Part shown: positions 41,793 through 54,199 of the stretch, piece after piece
Layout of the letters: each line of letters starts with the position of its first letter
How positions within the stretch are numbered: the stretch's first letter is position 1
Translations under genes and position numbers: made by a program
Origin: the human T2T-CHM13v2.0 reference genome, Homo sapiens
Assembly: GCF_009914755.1 (NCBI RefSeq)
Contig: NC_060932.1
Length of the DNA stretch: 64,000 bases
Reading direction: 5' to 3' (one strand)
The notes under the pieces: generated by a model
Database searches by the model: none
Told to the model about the DNA's origin: nothing
What the model saw: only the letters and a program-made list of their open reading frames with translations

Positions 41793-43901
41793 GTTGCAGA
41801 ACTTAAAATTTACCATTATCGTCATTCCTAAGCAACTATAAGTAAAGCAGCAGAAGTCCTCAGTCTGAAGTTTAAACAAATAGTTTGTCTTGGTCATCTT
41901 GGTTATGACACTATAAGAAAAAATTAGACTGAGAATTGTTTAAAAACAATTTCCATTTTACTGTGCTTATGTTATAAGAAAGTATTGCTCATCAATTAAT
42001 ATGCTTTCACTTTATTGATTTTTTTTTTTTTTTTTTTTTTTACTATCCACATGTTCTAGTCATGCAGTCACAAGTCAGACCACCTCACACAGTGGTTGGC
42101 AGGTGCTGTACCCAATTGAATGCCATAACGCCTCAAGGTTTCAGGGAGACATTCTGTTGGTGACTTTGCTCAGGATGCGTTTTTCACTATGTAGAGTTAA
42201 CCTGCACAGTGATATTTACCTATTCACTGAGTTGTTATTTGATCTCTAGAGGCATTACGATACGGAAATGCTACAAGATATGATGTGAACCATTCTTGTA
42301 TGCCAGAATGAAGAGAGATGGAAAACATGTTGGTAAATAAGACACCTCTGGTAGTTATATTAAAAAATAGGAGGTGGTATATGATTACATTGTAATGATT
42401 GGAAAGTGACAAACATGAGTAAAAGTGCTTTGGGAAGGTTTATGAGGGAATTGGGGATATGGACTGATTTCTGGAGAAAGAAGAAACTGTGGAGATGAGC
42501 TGTAGGGTGGACAGTGGGTTTGAGGGAATGAGGCAAGGCATTTTATGTGACTAATGAGTAAATTAGCCTTGGTAGGATCTGCAGTGAGAATCCTAGAAGA
42601 ATGTTATCAGACTCAAAATAATAGGAGGGATTAAAATGGTTCTGTGATAGAAGTAAATCTGCCAAAATTCCTCCAGTCTTGGTCTCTTCAGTAAAATATC
42701 CCTGCATGCTCTTCCCCCTTCTCTCCTGAACCAGAATGAATTTTCTGAAATGTGAATGGAATTATAGTTGAACTACACTTCTCACCATTCTGGACCCTAT
42801 TCCCACACTTCACCGCTAATCCTAGAGGATGAAGATCAGGGACGTTATTGACTTTGTTGATTTTGTATCCTCTGGGCACATAAGTGTGCCTGGTGCATAG
42901 CAGATCCCTGAAGATATTCTTAATGAAGTTGATGAGTAGAGACCAAAGTTTAAGAGAAAGAATTGGACATGGATGTAGCATGCAGCTAATGGGAGATATT
43001 TCATACTATAATCAGGATTGTGATGAGGTCAGATGTTCTTTTAACCTAATAAGTTTATGGTTATACAAACAAAAAATAAAAATAAACTACACCCACATAA
43101 CAGTATGTCATTGACTTGAAGGGCCATCAATTTATTTCCCTACTGGGAAGGATGCCTAATGTTTGTAGAGAAGGTTGAGAAAAATTGTACTGACACCCAA
43201 CTGACACCCATAACAGTGGAATCTTCAGAGTTTTACATCCCATCCCAGTTTCCTCATTTGAGATACAAAATGCACTCCTCCCCTCTAAACTGCTACAAAT
43301 GATTCTGACAGATAATAGTTGCTTGAGTTTGAGATCAGGATGTCAAAAGACAGGATAAAATAGAGCTTTCTGATTTCTGAGGTTAAGATGGCTAGAGAGG
43401 AGTAATGGTGATTCCCGCTTGCAGAGCTATTTCCGCTCATCAGGGGTTATTAGAGATACGTTCTCTTGGACTGATGAAAAGGCAGACGATGTATTTAATG
43501 GACAAAGTCCATTTTCTTAAACTTATATATTCTCTTTTAAAAAATCGGGCCTGAACACAACAATTAAATTACATACAACAACAGCAACAACATAAAAACA
43601 CTTAGTCTTATTCCGTTTTAGCTTTTTATACTTCCAGTTTCTCCTGTTGTAAAATATCTGCCAGTACTGTTTATCTGACAATTTTTTTCCCCAGATATAT
43701 TAATCATTGCTCACTTTTTCTTAAAAGAATGCTTCCAAATAATTAGGTATACAGCTTTTGCTTGGGCACATATCTATTGAGATTAACAATTCAGATTCAG
43801 AGCTTGTCTATAAAATTGTGATCAGAAAACATTAGAGAGATATTCAGAGCTCTACTTCTTAGTAGTGAACTATTGAAATGTGTTTCAGAAAACTGTTCGG
43901 A

Positions 43902-44220
43902 GGCTGGCCACTGTGGCTCACGCCTGTAATCCTAGCACTTTGGGAGGCCGAGGCGGGCAGATCACGAGGCCAGGAGATCGAGACCATCCTGGCTAACACG
44001 GTGAAACCCCATCTCTACTAAAAATACAAAAATTTAGCCGGGTATGGTGGCAGGCACCAGTAGTCCCTGCTACTGGGGAGGCTGAGGCAGGAGAATGGCC
44101 TGAACCCAGGAGGCAGAGCTTGTAGTGAGCTGAGATCGTACTACTGCACTTCAGCCTGGGTGACAGAGCAAGACTCCGTCTGAAAAAAAAAAAAAAAAAA
44201 AAGAAAAAAGAAAAGAAAAG
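43902..44220 (+). mobile_element. AluY
   Basis: gagatcgagaccatcctggctaacacggtgaaaccc; A tail with GAAAA units; TSD-like aaactgttc on both sides. Confidence 0.92.
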
Positions 44221-44729
44221 GAAACTGTTCCTGAAATAGATTGTGAAGAAAAATGTCATATGTGTGGTACATAAACACATCCTGTATTGCAGAGAGTCTC
44301 TAGCCTTCCTGAAAAGTTCTGACCAGGTTTAGCAAGGTTAGAGTAGGGAAGTTAAACCACTACCTTGAAGACATAAGGAGAAAACAGAGCTGGGTTATCA
44401 GGAATGGGCATAAACACAAGAGATGAAGGGTTTAATTGAAAACAGAGCAGTAAATAGTAAGACAACTTAAAATTCTGGGAGATTTGCCAAAGTAGGTTAA
44501 GAAAAAAGAATAGGTTAACCTTTGTCCATTTTAATGTCTCTGTCCAAATTCCCTGCCTCTTCCAACAGATTAGAGTGCCAAGTAAAAATTAATGTATTGG
44601 GGTAGCTTGATTTACAGCTCATATATTAATTTCCTTTCCTATGGTATCCTTTCCCCTGAGGGAATTTTACTTTACCACCACAATGATGCTTTGTTTTTGC
44701 TAGCAGTTTCTTACTGACTCTCTTTTGTT

Positions 44730-44915
44730 TTTTTAATGAGCTCTACATTGTCCCAGATGGGGGCTGCTCCTTCAGCCTGCACCCCAGAATGACAGTGACA
44801 GTGGCTCCAACACAACTAGCAGCAAGCAGGTAGCATATGTAGCAATCACATGTATATTATTGTAAGTCGCTGAAATATTGGTGACCATTATTTCTACTTC
44901 ATCATTAATGGCTGA
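44730..44915 (+). mobile_element. Old MLT1 fragment
   Basis: ccagatgggggctgctccttcagcctg..ccccagaatga and ttgtaagtcgctgaaat. Confidence 0.5.
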
Positions 44916-45237
44916 ACTAATTGTTTATGAGTAATAATGATGATAAAGAAGACATAAAATTGTACTCAGTTAAATATGGGAATAGACCTTTAATCTAAAA
45001 TACAATTCAGGAACCTCATAATTATCTTTTTTAAAATTACTTGATGCTTATCTTTAGCTACATAGCTAAGAAATGGAATATATACATTTGCATATGAACA
45101 AGAAGATATTACACACTTCAGACTGAGTTCTCTGAGTAGATCCACAATTCTTACCTAATTTTTGATTTCTAACCAAATCATAATACATGTAATTTGAGAT
45201 TTTAATGTTTTATGCTAAAGTGTTTACTTTTTTTGCT

Positions 45238-45350
45238 TGACCTGGTGGTTCATGCCTATCATCCCAGCATTTGGGGAGGTCGAGGTGGAAGGATTGCTTG
45301 AATTCAGGAATTCCAGAACAACCTGGGCAACAAAACTAGGCCCCTCTGCC
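45238..45350 (+). mobile_element. FLAM / Alu left monomer
   Basis: ggtggttcatgcctatcatcccagcatttggggagg...acctgggcaaca. Confidence 0.8.
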
Positions 45351-45493
45351 ATATGTATATATAATATATATATAAAATATATACATATATATTATAAAAT
45401 ATATATTATATATTATATAATGTATATTATATATATAATTTATATAATGTGTATAATATATATCTATATATAAAGATATATATCTTTATGTAT
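45351..45493. repeat. TA-rich low-complexity repeat
   Basis: Imperfect (TA)n directly after the monomer. Confidence 0.9.
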
Positions 45494-45962
45494 TTTTAAG
45501 CTGAGGAAAAAATAAAGTTTTTACATATTTGATTTTTATGAAATCTTATAAAATTTCAGATAAACCTTTAATATTATAAGAGGCATTTTATTATATGTGC
45601 TTTAAATCTAATATACTTTGAATTTTAAAAATTGCCTTCTTCAGATTATTTTATGTATAAATTCCCAGAGAAAGTGTGTGTGTGTGAATAATACTTTGTT
45701 GACATACATAGCTCTTAGCATACTATCCATCCCGAATAAACAGTAAAGAATGATTAGCAATGCCATGCAAAATTGATTAACGTAAATCGTGCTTCATTCC
45801 ATCCTATGATAGTGTTGTTTCGAAGGGTATTTTATGTTTACATGTTACTTTAACGCTTATTTATTAGAAAATTAGTACTATGTATCTTAATAATGCTATG
45901 TACTTGGGTAGTATGCAGAGGAGAGAACAGGCTGCTAATAATGATAGACCTGCCTTTCTTAC

Positions 45963-46111
45963 CTTTTGGGAATCTAAAATATAACTTATATTATGGCCAA
46001 ATATACTTCTTCCATGGTTGTATAAGCATGGATTTTTCTTAAGAATCCACAAAATATGGAGATGGAGAAAGTGGTTACTGACAGGGCTCCAAAGGACTCA
46101 GAAGCCATCAT
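45963..46111 (-). other. Candidate non-coding exon (149 nt)
   Basis: Minus-strand acceptor atatttttctatcatacag|ATG and donor AAG|gtaaga; no frame is open across the whole exon. Confidence 0.35.
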
Positions 46112-47855
46112 CTGTATGATAGAAAAATATGTGAATCTGATCCAGCTTTAGAAAAAGCTTTGCAAAAAACTGTTATTACCAAAGGAAGGCCTGTACTATC
46201 ACTAGTGACTTCATTATATGAGATCTTTCTTTCTAGAAAGATAGTGCTATACATATCACAAGTAAATTTCACCAGAGATGTTGGTATTATTGTTCTCTAG
46301 GTAGTAATAGAATATTTATCTCTCATTTAATATGAAACTAGCCACATATCTGTGAATAAAAATGCAGAAGTCTTTTTACGACCTTTTTTTTTTAACTGAC
46401 ATACTATAAGTGCATCCATTCCAGATTCACTTTAAAGTGTGTTATGTGTTTTAGGAAGACATCTCATATTAACAACTGTAATCTCAATATTGGAAGGACC
46501 ATCCATAGTATCATTTCCCTTGTCCTAGATAGCGAAATTAATGCAATATTTAAAAGCAACATTTATTTACTCAACTGGCCTTGTCTGCTCAGTTTTAAAA
46601 TCATAAGTGGCTCTTGAGCTTTTCTACCCACTGATTTTCAGTTCACCTGTCATTTTAACTGATAATCAAATCCTACATCTTTCCTTTGATGGTATTTATG
46701 TAATGGAAATCAACATAAAATAAGTTAAAAACAGCTTAGGAAAAGTAATGGGGCTCAGTGATAACTTATGAGGCAAATCCAACCCTCACTTAGAGGGTAA
46801 GGATATCTGGAGGAGATGTTTTCTTGCAATTAAAACACTATCCTCTATTTTCAACTTTGAGGAGAAAGTGGAGGAAAATAATCTTAAGCGGGCTCTCCAT
46901 CATGCAGCCACTGAGGCAGGGAAGTGCCCTCATTCTTCACACTAAGATGCACTCTCATGAAAGGCTCTGAGTTATAAGTTTCCTGAAGTGTCTGTCTTAT
47001 ATACACCAAACCATTTCCTTGAAAACCTTTACCTCTGCTACTTAACTGAACCCAAGTCTGTCTCTCAGGACTCATCCCCAATTTGGTCAGTTCCCCATCA
47101 GTTCTATCATATAGGGTCCTCTTCTTTTATCACCACCATTGCACAGGTGTTTGAAAAGACAGCCAGTATTCTTCTTGCTCCCACTACACTTCCTTTTACA
47201 CAACATTACCTGATCATCAACTCTACCCTACTTGTAGCCTGGAATTTCACACCCTTTTATTATCCTTTTTGCTATCTTTCAATCGCTAAGATACTCCTTT
47301 TCACAACAATGACAAATGCCCAGAATAGGTGCCACTACTTTCTCTTCCCTTTAGTCTCACCGATCACTTTCTTGTTGAGCCTGGCCCCAGCCTTAACATC
47401 ATTCACCATACTGTGAGCGTTCCCAGCAACCACTATTAATTTTTATGAGTTCACTCCTAAAAATTTTTGGACCTGCTTAATACCGTCGTGATTAATGTCA
47501 GCACAAAATCCACAGTCTTCTTACCCTCATCTCTTGTCATCATCTCTGGGAAATTAAATATTTATGTGATGACCTTCTGTCATTCCTGCATACAATCTTT
47601 TGAGTTTTAAAAAATCTACTTAGCTTCATGGATTTTCATTTAATTCTATTTTTTTTGTCATCACTGAAATAACTATGGTTTGTATCTGATTATCAATAGG
47701 AATTGCTGTCTTTAAGAACCAAATCTCTGAAATATCTCTCTGCCTATGGCTTCTATCCTTTTGCTTTTCTAAATTGTTTTCCCATGGAAATTGCGCCCTT
47801 TGTTTTCAATATGCCTTCCCATGCCTGCCTTTCCACATTTCTCACAATCTGTAAG

Positions 47856-48481
47856 TGTCAGAGGTGTTTGAACCAGAGCAACTCCATCTTGAATAGGGGC
47901 TGGGTAAAATAAGGATGAGACCTACTGGGCTGCATTCCCAGGAGGTTAAGGCATTCTTAGTTACTGAATGAGATAGGAGGTCATTACAAGATACAGGTCC
48001 CAAAGACCTTGCTGATAAAACAGTTGGCTGTAAAGAAGCCAGCCAAATCCCACCGAAACCAAGATAATGATGAAAGTGACCGCTGGTTATCCTCACTGAT
48101 CCTTAGTGCTAATTATAATGCGTTAGCATGCTAAAAGACACTCCCACCAGCACCATGACAGTTTATAGATGCCACGGGCAATGTCAGGAAGTTACCAGAT
48201 ATGTTGTAAAGAGGGGAGGAGCCTTCAGTTCTGGGAATTGCCTACCCCTTTCCCAGAAAAGTCATGAGTAATCCATCCCTTGTTTAGCATTTAATCAAGA
48301 AATAGCTCTATTCTTAGTTGAGCTGTTGTTCTGCCTATGGAGTAGCTATTCTTTATTCCTTTACTTTCTTAATAAACTTGCTTTCACTTTACTCTATGGA
48401 TTCTCCTAGAATTTTTTCTTGCTTGAGATCCAAGAACCTTCTCTTGGGGTCTGTATCGGGACCCCTTTCTGGAAGTTAACA
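47856..48481 (+). mobile_element. MER41 (MER41B-like) solo LTR
   Basis: tgtcagaggtgtttgaaccagagcaactccatcttgaatagg ... aataaacttgctttcacttt ... gggacccctttctgg..aaca; perfect 4-bp TSD taag. Confidence 0.92.
48229..48258. promoter_or_regulatory. Tandem GAS (STAT) motifs within MER41
   Basis: TTCTGGGAA at 48229-48237 and TTCCCAGAA at 48250-48258, both fitting TTCNNNGAA; function not shown. Confidence 0.5.
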
Positions 48482-48955
48482 TAAGCGTCTCCTTTACCTC
48501 CCTTGCAATTCTTCTGATTCTGTTTGAATCCTCATGGAAAGCTCAATCCCCTCTTACTGACATTTGGGCATGTTCACCCATCCCTTCCCAATCATGAGTT
48601 AACATTTATGTATAGCACTTCGAATCCCAGGCTGCTCAACCTTCAAAGAGAATATCATACAACCTCAGTAATTGCATATCATACAACCTCAGTACAAATT
48701 TCAGCTATTCAGCATCTGCTATTTATAAAAGTAGTCTATAATTCTTTCATATCTTTTATAGGCAGTTTTTCATCCTATGTTTCCCTCATAATCACCTTTT
48801 CTAAAATGCTGTCTTTCCATATACCAGTATCTTTCTTGACCAGTATCTTGTCAGGGCTTCAATCACTGAGCAGGTAATGTTTCAGAGTGGCCTGAGCATT
48901 GGGAAGCAGCCAAGCAGGCAAACATTGCGGGGAAGAGCATTCCAGGCAAAGATAA

Positions 48956-49267
<312 letters not shown>

Positions 49268-49454
49268 TGGAAAGAGTAGGGTTTAAAGGCTGAGATTCGA
49301 AAAATCATTTTGTATATTAAACAAACAAACAGATATATGGCTGGAGTATAGCAAGAGGGTTTATACATGGGAGGTGAGATCTGAGAGGCAGACAAGGGTC
49401 TTGTAGAGCCCTCTGGTCCATGGTAAGGAGTTTGCATTTTATTTTAGTGAAATT

Positions 49455-49661
49455 CAGTGTTTCTCAAATTTGGCATTATTGAAATTTAGGGCCAGATAAT
49501 TGTTGTGGGGCTGTCCTGTGTGTTGTGGGATGTTTAGCAGCCTACTTAGTCTCTTCCCTCTAGATGTCAATAGCAACTGTCCCTTACCCCATTGTGACCA
49601 AAAAAAAAAAAAAAAAATCTTCAAACATTGCCAGGTTTCCCCTCAGAGGCAAAATCACTCC
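49455..49661 (+). mobile_element. MER20 hAT MITE
   Basis: cagtgtttctcaa...ggccagataattgttgtggggctgtcctgtg..ttgtgggatgtttagcagc...acattgcca. Confidence 0.85.
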
Positions 49662-50124
49662 ACAGGGAAGTCATCGGAGTGTTTCAAGCAGGGGAGAGAC
49701 TTGATCTGTTGTGTTGTTTACAAATTGTCAGTCTGGCTTCTTTCTGGAGAATGAAGTATTAGAAGGTAAAATTAGAAGAGGAGATGGTTCAGAGGCTATA
49801 TATTTTCTTTAGTGGTGAGAAGATAGTGGGTTGGACTTCAGGGCTTGTTTAACTTACATGATGTTTGAAAGTATTATAGAGTTTGGTCATACAATTGATG
49901 AAAGCGTATATAAGGCATCTAATTATTAATCATGGATGTCAGTAAGAAGTTGCATAGAAACAACTGGAGCTCCAAGTTCAAGATTAAATTTATTAAGACA
50001 AAAAAGTTGGTGTCATCAGCATTTGTAATGTAATTGTTGAATTTGCAGAGTACCAGTGAAAAACAACCACTTCTTTCTCTCTCAGGTTGCAAATGAGTAA
50101 AATACAAACAGAGGACCTCTTCTG

Positions 50125-51310
50125 CACACATAGACAAAACTTAACTCACAATGGATGAAAAACCTAAATGTAACAGATTAAACTGTAAAACTCAGTTAAA
50201 ATATGTGTATGTCCTTATAACCATGGATTAAGCAATGGTTTCTGAGATACGACGTTACAAGTACAAGCAATCAAAAGCAACAAAAAATAGATAAATTACT
50301 CTTTATAAAAATACATACTTTTGTGCTTCAAATGACACTATTAAAAAAGTGAAAATACAACATAGAGAATGGGAGAAAATAACGGCAAGCTGTGTATCTG
50401 ATAAATGTGCAGTATCCAAAATATATAAAATTATTACAGTTCAACAATAAAAAGACAAATAACCCAATTAAGAAAATAGAAAAAGGATTTTAATAGATAT
50501 GTTTCTGAAAAAGACATACAAATGGCCAAAAAGCACATGAAAAAAAAGTTCAGCATCATTACTCATTGGAGAAATCCTACTCCAAATCAAGATAAAGATA
50601 CTATTTCATATCTACTAGGTTGGCTAAGATAAAAAAGGGAATAACAAATATTGATGAGGATGTGGAAAAATTAGAACCTTTAAGCATTTCCTCAAAAATA
50701 TATAATGGCACACGGTCAATATAAAGAATAGTTTTGTGGTTTCTGAAAATGTTGAATATAGAGTTTTAGTGACTTACCAATTTTACTCCTAGATATAGAC
50801 AGACCCCAGATGATTAAAAATACATTTCTGTGCAAAAAGTTATGCACAAATATAGCAGCATTATTTGTAATAGAAAAACGTGGAAACAAACTAAATATCC
50901 ATCAACTTTTGAATGGAAAACAAAATGAGTATAAACATGCAATGAAATATTATTCAGCCATAAAAAGTACTGATTCAAGATATACTGATTCATGCTATGA
51001 TATGGATGAACCTTGAAAACATTATGCTGGGTGAAAGAAGCCAGATCCAAATGGCTGCATATTATTCCATTTATGTAAAATATCCAAAATGAGCAAGTTT
51101 ATAGCCAGACAGTAGATTAGTAGTTGCCAAGGGGAAGGGAAGAAAGCAGAATGGGAATAACTTCTAATGACTACGCATATGCATCTTGAGGGGAGGGGGG
51201 TAGTAAAAATGTTCTGGAATTTGATAATGGTAATACACAATAATTTTGTGAATATACCAGTTGTACACTTTAAAGTGATAAATACAATACTATATGAATT
51301 ATTAATAAAA
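50125..51310 (+). mobile_element. L1MB-type LINE 3' end
   Basis: aaaaagacaaataacccaatt; atggatgaaccttgaaaacattatgct; tagattagtagttgcca. Confidence 0.85.
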
Positions 51311-51964
51311 GTATGTGTATGTGTAAAACACTCGGGTTTGGTGAGAGTCTGTTTGCCTAATCCTCCTTTCCTCTCTCCAAACAAGAAAAATAGAGGAGTG
51401 AGTGGAGTGTAAGATACTGGTTATAGATAAGGCTGAATTGAAGTGTGATGATTACACAACATGGATACAATGAAGTTGTGATCTAACCCCTAAAAGAAAC
51501 AGGTATACCCGTCCAGTCAGACACAGTTTTACTGAAACATCACCTCTCTCAGTGGTGTGTGTAGGAAAACAGGTTGGAGGGCATGCACTCTGCAGGTAGG
51601 CAGGGCTAGAAGAGAAGCCCCAGAGAGGCTGAGCCAAGGATGCTAGATTTCTGCTCTGCAGGCAGAGTTGTTACCCTCCCTCAGTCCTCTCACATGAAAA
51701 CATGAGCCCACGGAAATTGAATCTCTTGTGAACAGATTTGGGAGGGTGATAAGTTCAATTTTGTGCACATTGGGTTTTGTGAGACTGAAACTTTTTAAGT
51801 GGAGGTGTTGATAGAAAGACGAGTCTATGGTTGTGAAGTTTATTACCCCAAGCAGCTCTGGAATCTTTTAAAATCTGCCTTAAAAATGACAGGGAAGGGT
51901 CAGAATGAGTATCACAGAGTTGCCTTTTCTAGCCCAACAAGCAGTCATAAAAGTGGTTTAATGG

Positions 51965-52520
51965 TGTGAAAGGAAAATAAATCTTGGGACCCCAAAACTA
52001 CTGAGCCAAAAGTAAAAGTCAAGCTGGGAACTGCTTAGGGCAAACCTGCCTCCCATCCTATTCCTTAAAAAGCTACTAAGATTAATAATAATAATAATAG
52101 TAAAATTTTGAAAAGCTACATACCTCACTCACAGGAATTTCCTATGGACAAAGTACAGACAGAACTCAAAGTCATCCCACTGTTCACTAATATAAAGGCA
52201 TAGCTGCTTGCCTCCTCTGGAAAGGCTAATCAGAAACTCAAAAGAATGCCGCTGTTTGTCTCTTACCTACCTAGGAGGTGGAAACCCTTTTCCCTCTTTT
52301 GAGTTGTCCTGCCTTTCTGGACTGAACCAATGCACATCTTACATATATTTGTTAATGTCTCATGTCTCCCTAAAATGTTTAAGAGCAAGCTGTGCCCTGA
52401 CCACTCTGGGCACATGTCATCAGGGCTTTCTGAGATTGTCTCATGGGCGTGCATCTTTACCTTGGGCAACATAAACTTCCTAAACTGATGGAGGCTTGTC
52501 TCAGACATTTGGGGTTCGCA
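51965..52520 (+). mobile_element. MER4-family (MER4A/B-like) solo LTR
   Basis: tgtgaaaggaaaataaatcttgggacccc...gtcaagctgggaactg ... tgtctcagacatttggggttcgca; near TSD atgg/atag. Confidence 0.88.
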
Positions 52521-53484
52521 ATAGAAACTTCAACCCTCTGCTTTAAAGAGATGGGTAAGTTGTGTTCAAAAGTGAAAATTCATATAAATGGATAGTTGCT
52601 ATAAATTTTAAGTTCTTATTCCATGAAGTTTATTGCTTTCTTAGCATTTACAGTTTTCAACATGGAGAACTTTATTTTTTTCTTTTGTTTTCTTGTTGTT
52701 TTTTGGCAATGAGAAGAATCATACTCTATAAACCTATTGTTTGGGGAATGGGAACAAAAAACAAAATTAATTATGCCTGAGAATTTTTTGGCTGAAAATG
52801 TCTATTCCTATATTTGTAGATCCTATAGACGGCATTTTATTACTCTAAAAAGGAGAAATACATACAAATTGTTTCTGCCTTTTCTACTGTTTATACTGCA
52901 TAGACTGTTTTTATTATGATAAGCTAAATAATCCAAAAGCTTCCATACACTGGGAAACTTAATGGTTTGTGAAAGAAAGGTATCCTGGGAGCTGAAGTAA
53001 AAACATGGATATAAAAGCAGATAGACACTAGGCTCTCACGTTTGTAAGAGAATTATCCAATTCATTGAATACTGATTGCCATTTTATTATCTGAATCAAT
53101 ACCAGTGCAGTTAATGTGGCATTTAGAAATCATAAAGATGAAGATAGGATAATTGTTCCCCTAAACAGAAGCCTTACATAAATATTTTAAACCTCATATA
53201 ATGAAATCACATTGGAATATAGAGGAACATGGGCCCACATAAACACTACCAGCGTTAAGCAACTCTTGAGGTTTCCTTCGCTCTTCGATAGACTTCATTT
53301 ACAATTTAATCAAAATGCTAGCTACTGCCAAGACTAAAGGGATGAAGAGTTAACAAACTATTTTTCCTTCTGGAAAATATTATTTATAATTAAATAAAAA
53401 CATTAAACATATATTACCGTTTTATATTTTTATTAGGAAATCAAGAATTTTAAAACTATTAGTTTCACACAACAGATTGAAAGA

Positions 53485-53660
53485 ATTTTAGAGGTGAACA
53501 TAACTAAATAGATGTTCTGTGTATTTATCTCATTTTATGGGTGAAAAGTGCTAATGCCTATAAATGTTGAATAATTAGATGAAAGTTATAGTTCAATTAG
53601 AGTTGGAGCCAGGACAGTGATCTAGATCTCCTAATCCTAATTTCAGAATGTCTTTTCTAT
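53485..53660 (-). mobile_element. MIR fragment
   Basis: ctcattttatgggtgaaaagtg...gttggagccaggac..gatctagatctcct. Confidence 0.45.
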
Positions 53661-54199
53661 AACCATGTTGCTTACAACATTTTCTGGCGGATGTTTGAAC
53701 CAGTCAACAAGTTAAAGTCATCAATGAGCTGTTTGCCTCTTTTAGGTGAGGATGGTGAATATCTGTTTACATCATTCGTTATTGAACTTCCTAAATGCTT
53801 CTTTTTAACATTGGAGTTTAAGTACATATTTTGTATGATACATTTCCATATACTGACTACACTTGAGTGAGTGATCTATAACTTGCTCGAGTTTTGCCGT
53901 TTCAGAACTTCAGAATCTCTCTTAAACTACCTCTACCACAGGTCAACACTTGCCTCTTTAGAGTGTAGATTGGCCCGACTTATGTTTGGGAAATTTACCC
54001 TTTAGTTGTATGTAGTTGTAAAACACTTACTCTTTTTGTTCTATAAAGTTTTATTGTGTCATTATATCATAGTTATCTTTGCTGCTGATGGAGGCATTTG
54101 GTTATTTTCTAGTTTTTGTTTGTTTGTTTTTTATCCAAGGTGGTGTTATAAACCTTCTAGTAAAGTAAATGAGTGTTGGTGAACACAATATACATTTTT

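Noticed and set aside
41578-41841. ORF with an HD/poly-His run
   Set aside because: The run is the (CAT)n tail of a MIR element.
42249-42332. Plus-strand exon-like segment
   Set aside because: Weak donor (TTG|gtaaat), stops in all three frames and no other support.
46988-47416. Longest ORF (142 aa, hydrophobic)
   Set aside because: Non-ATG start, pyrimidine-rich and probably L2-derived context, and no recognisable domain; consistent with chance.
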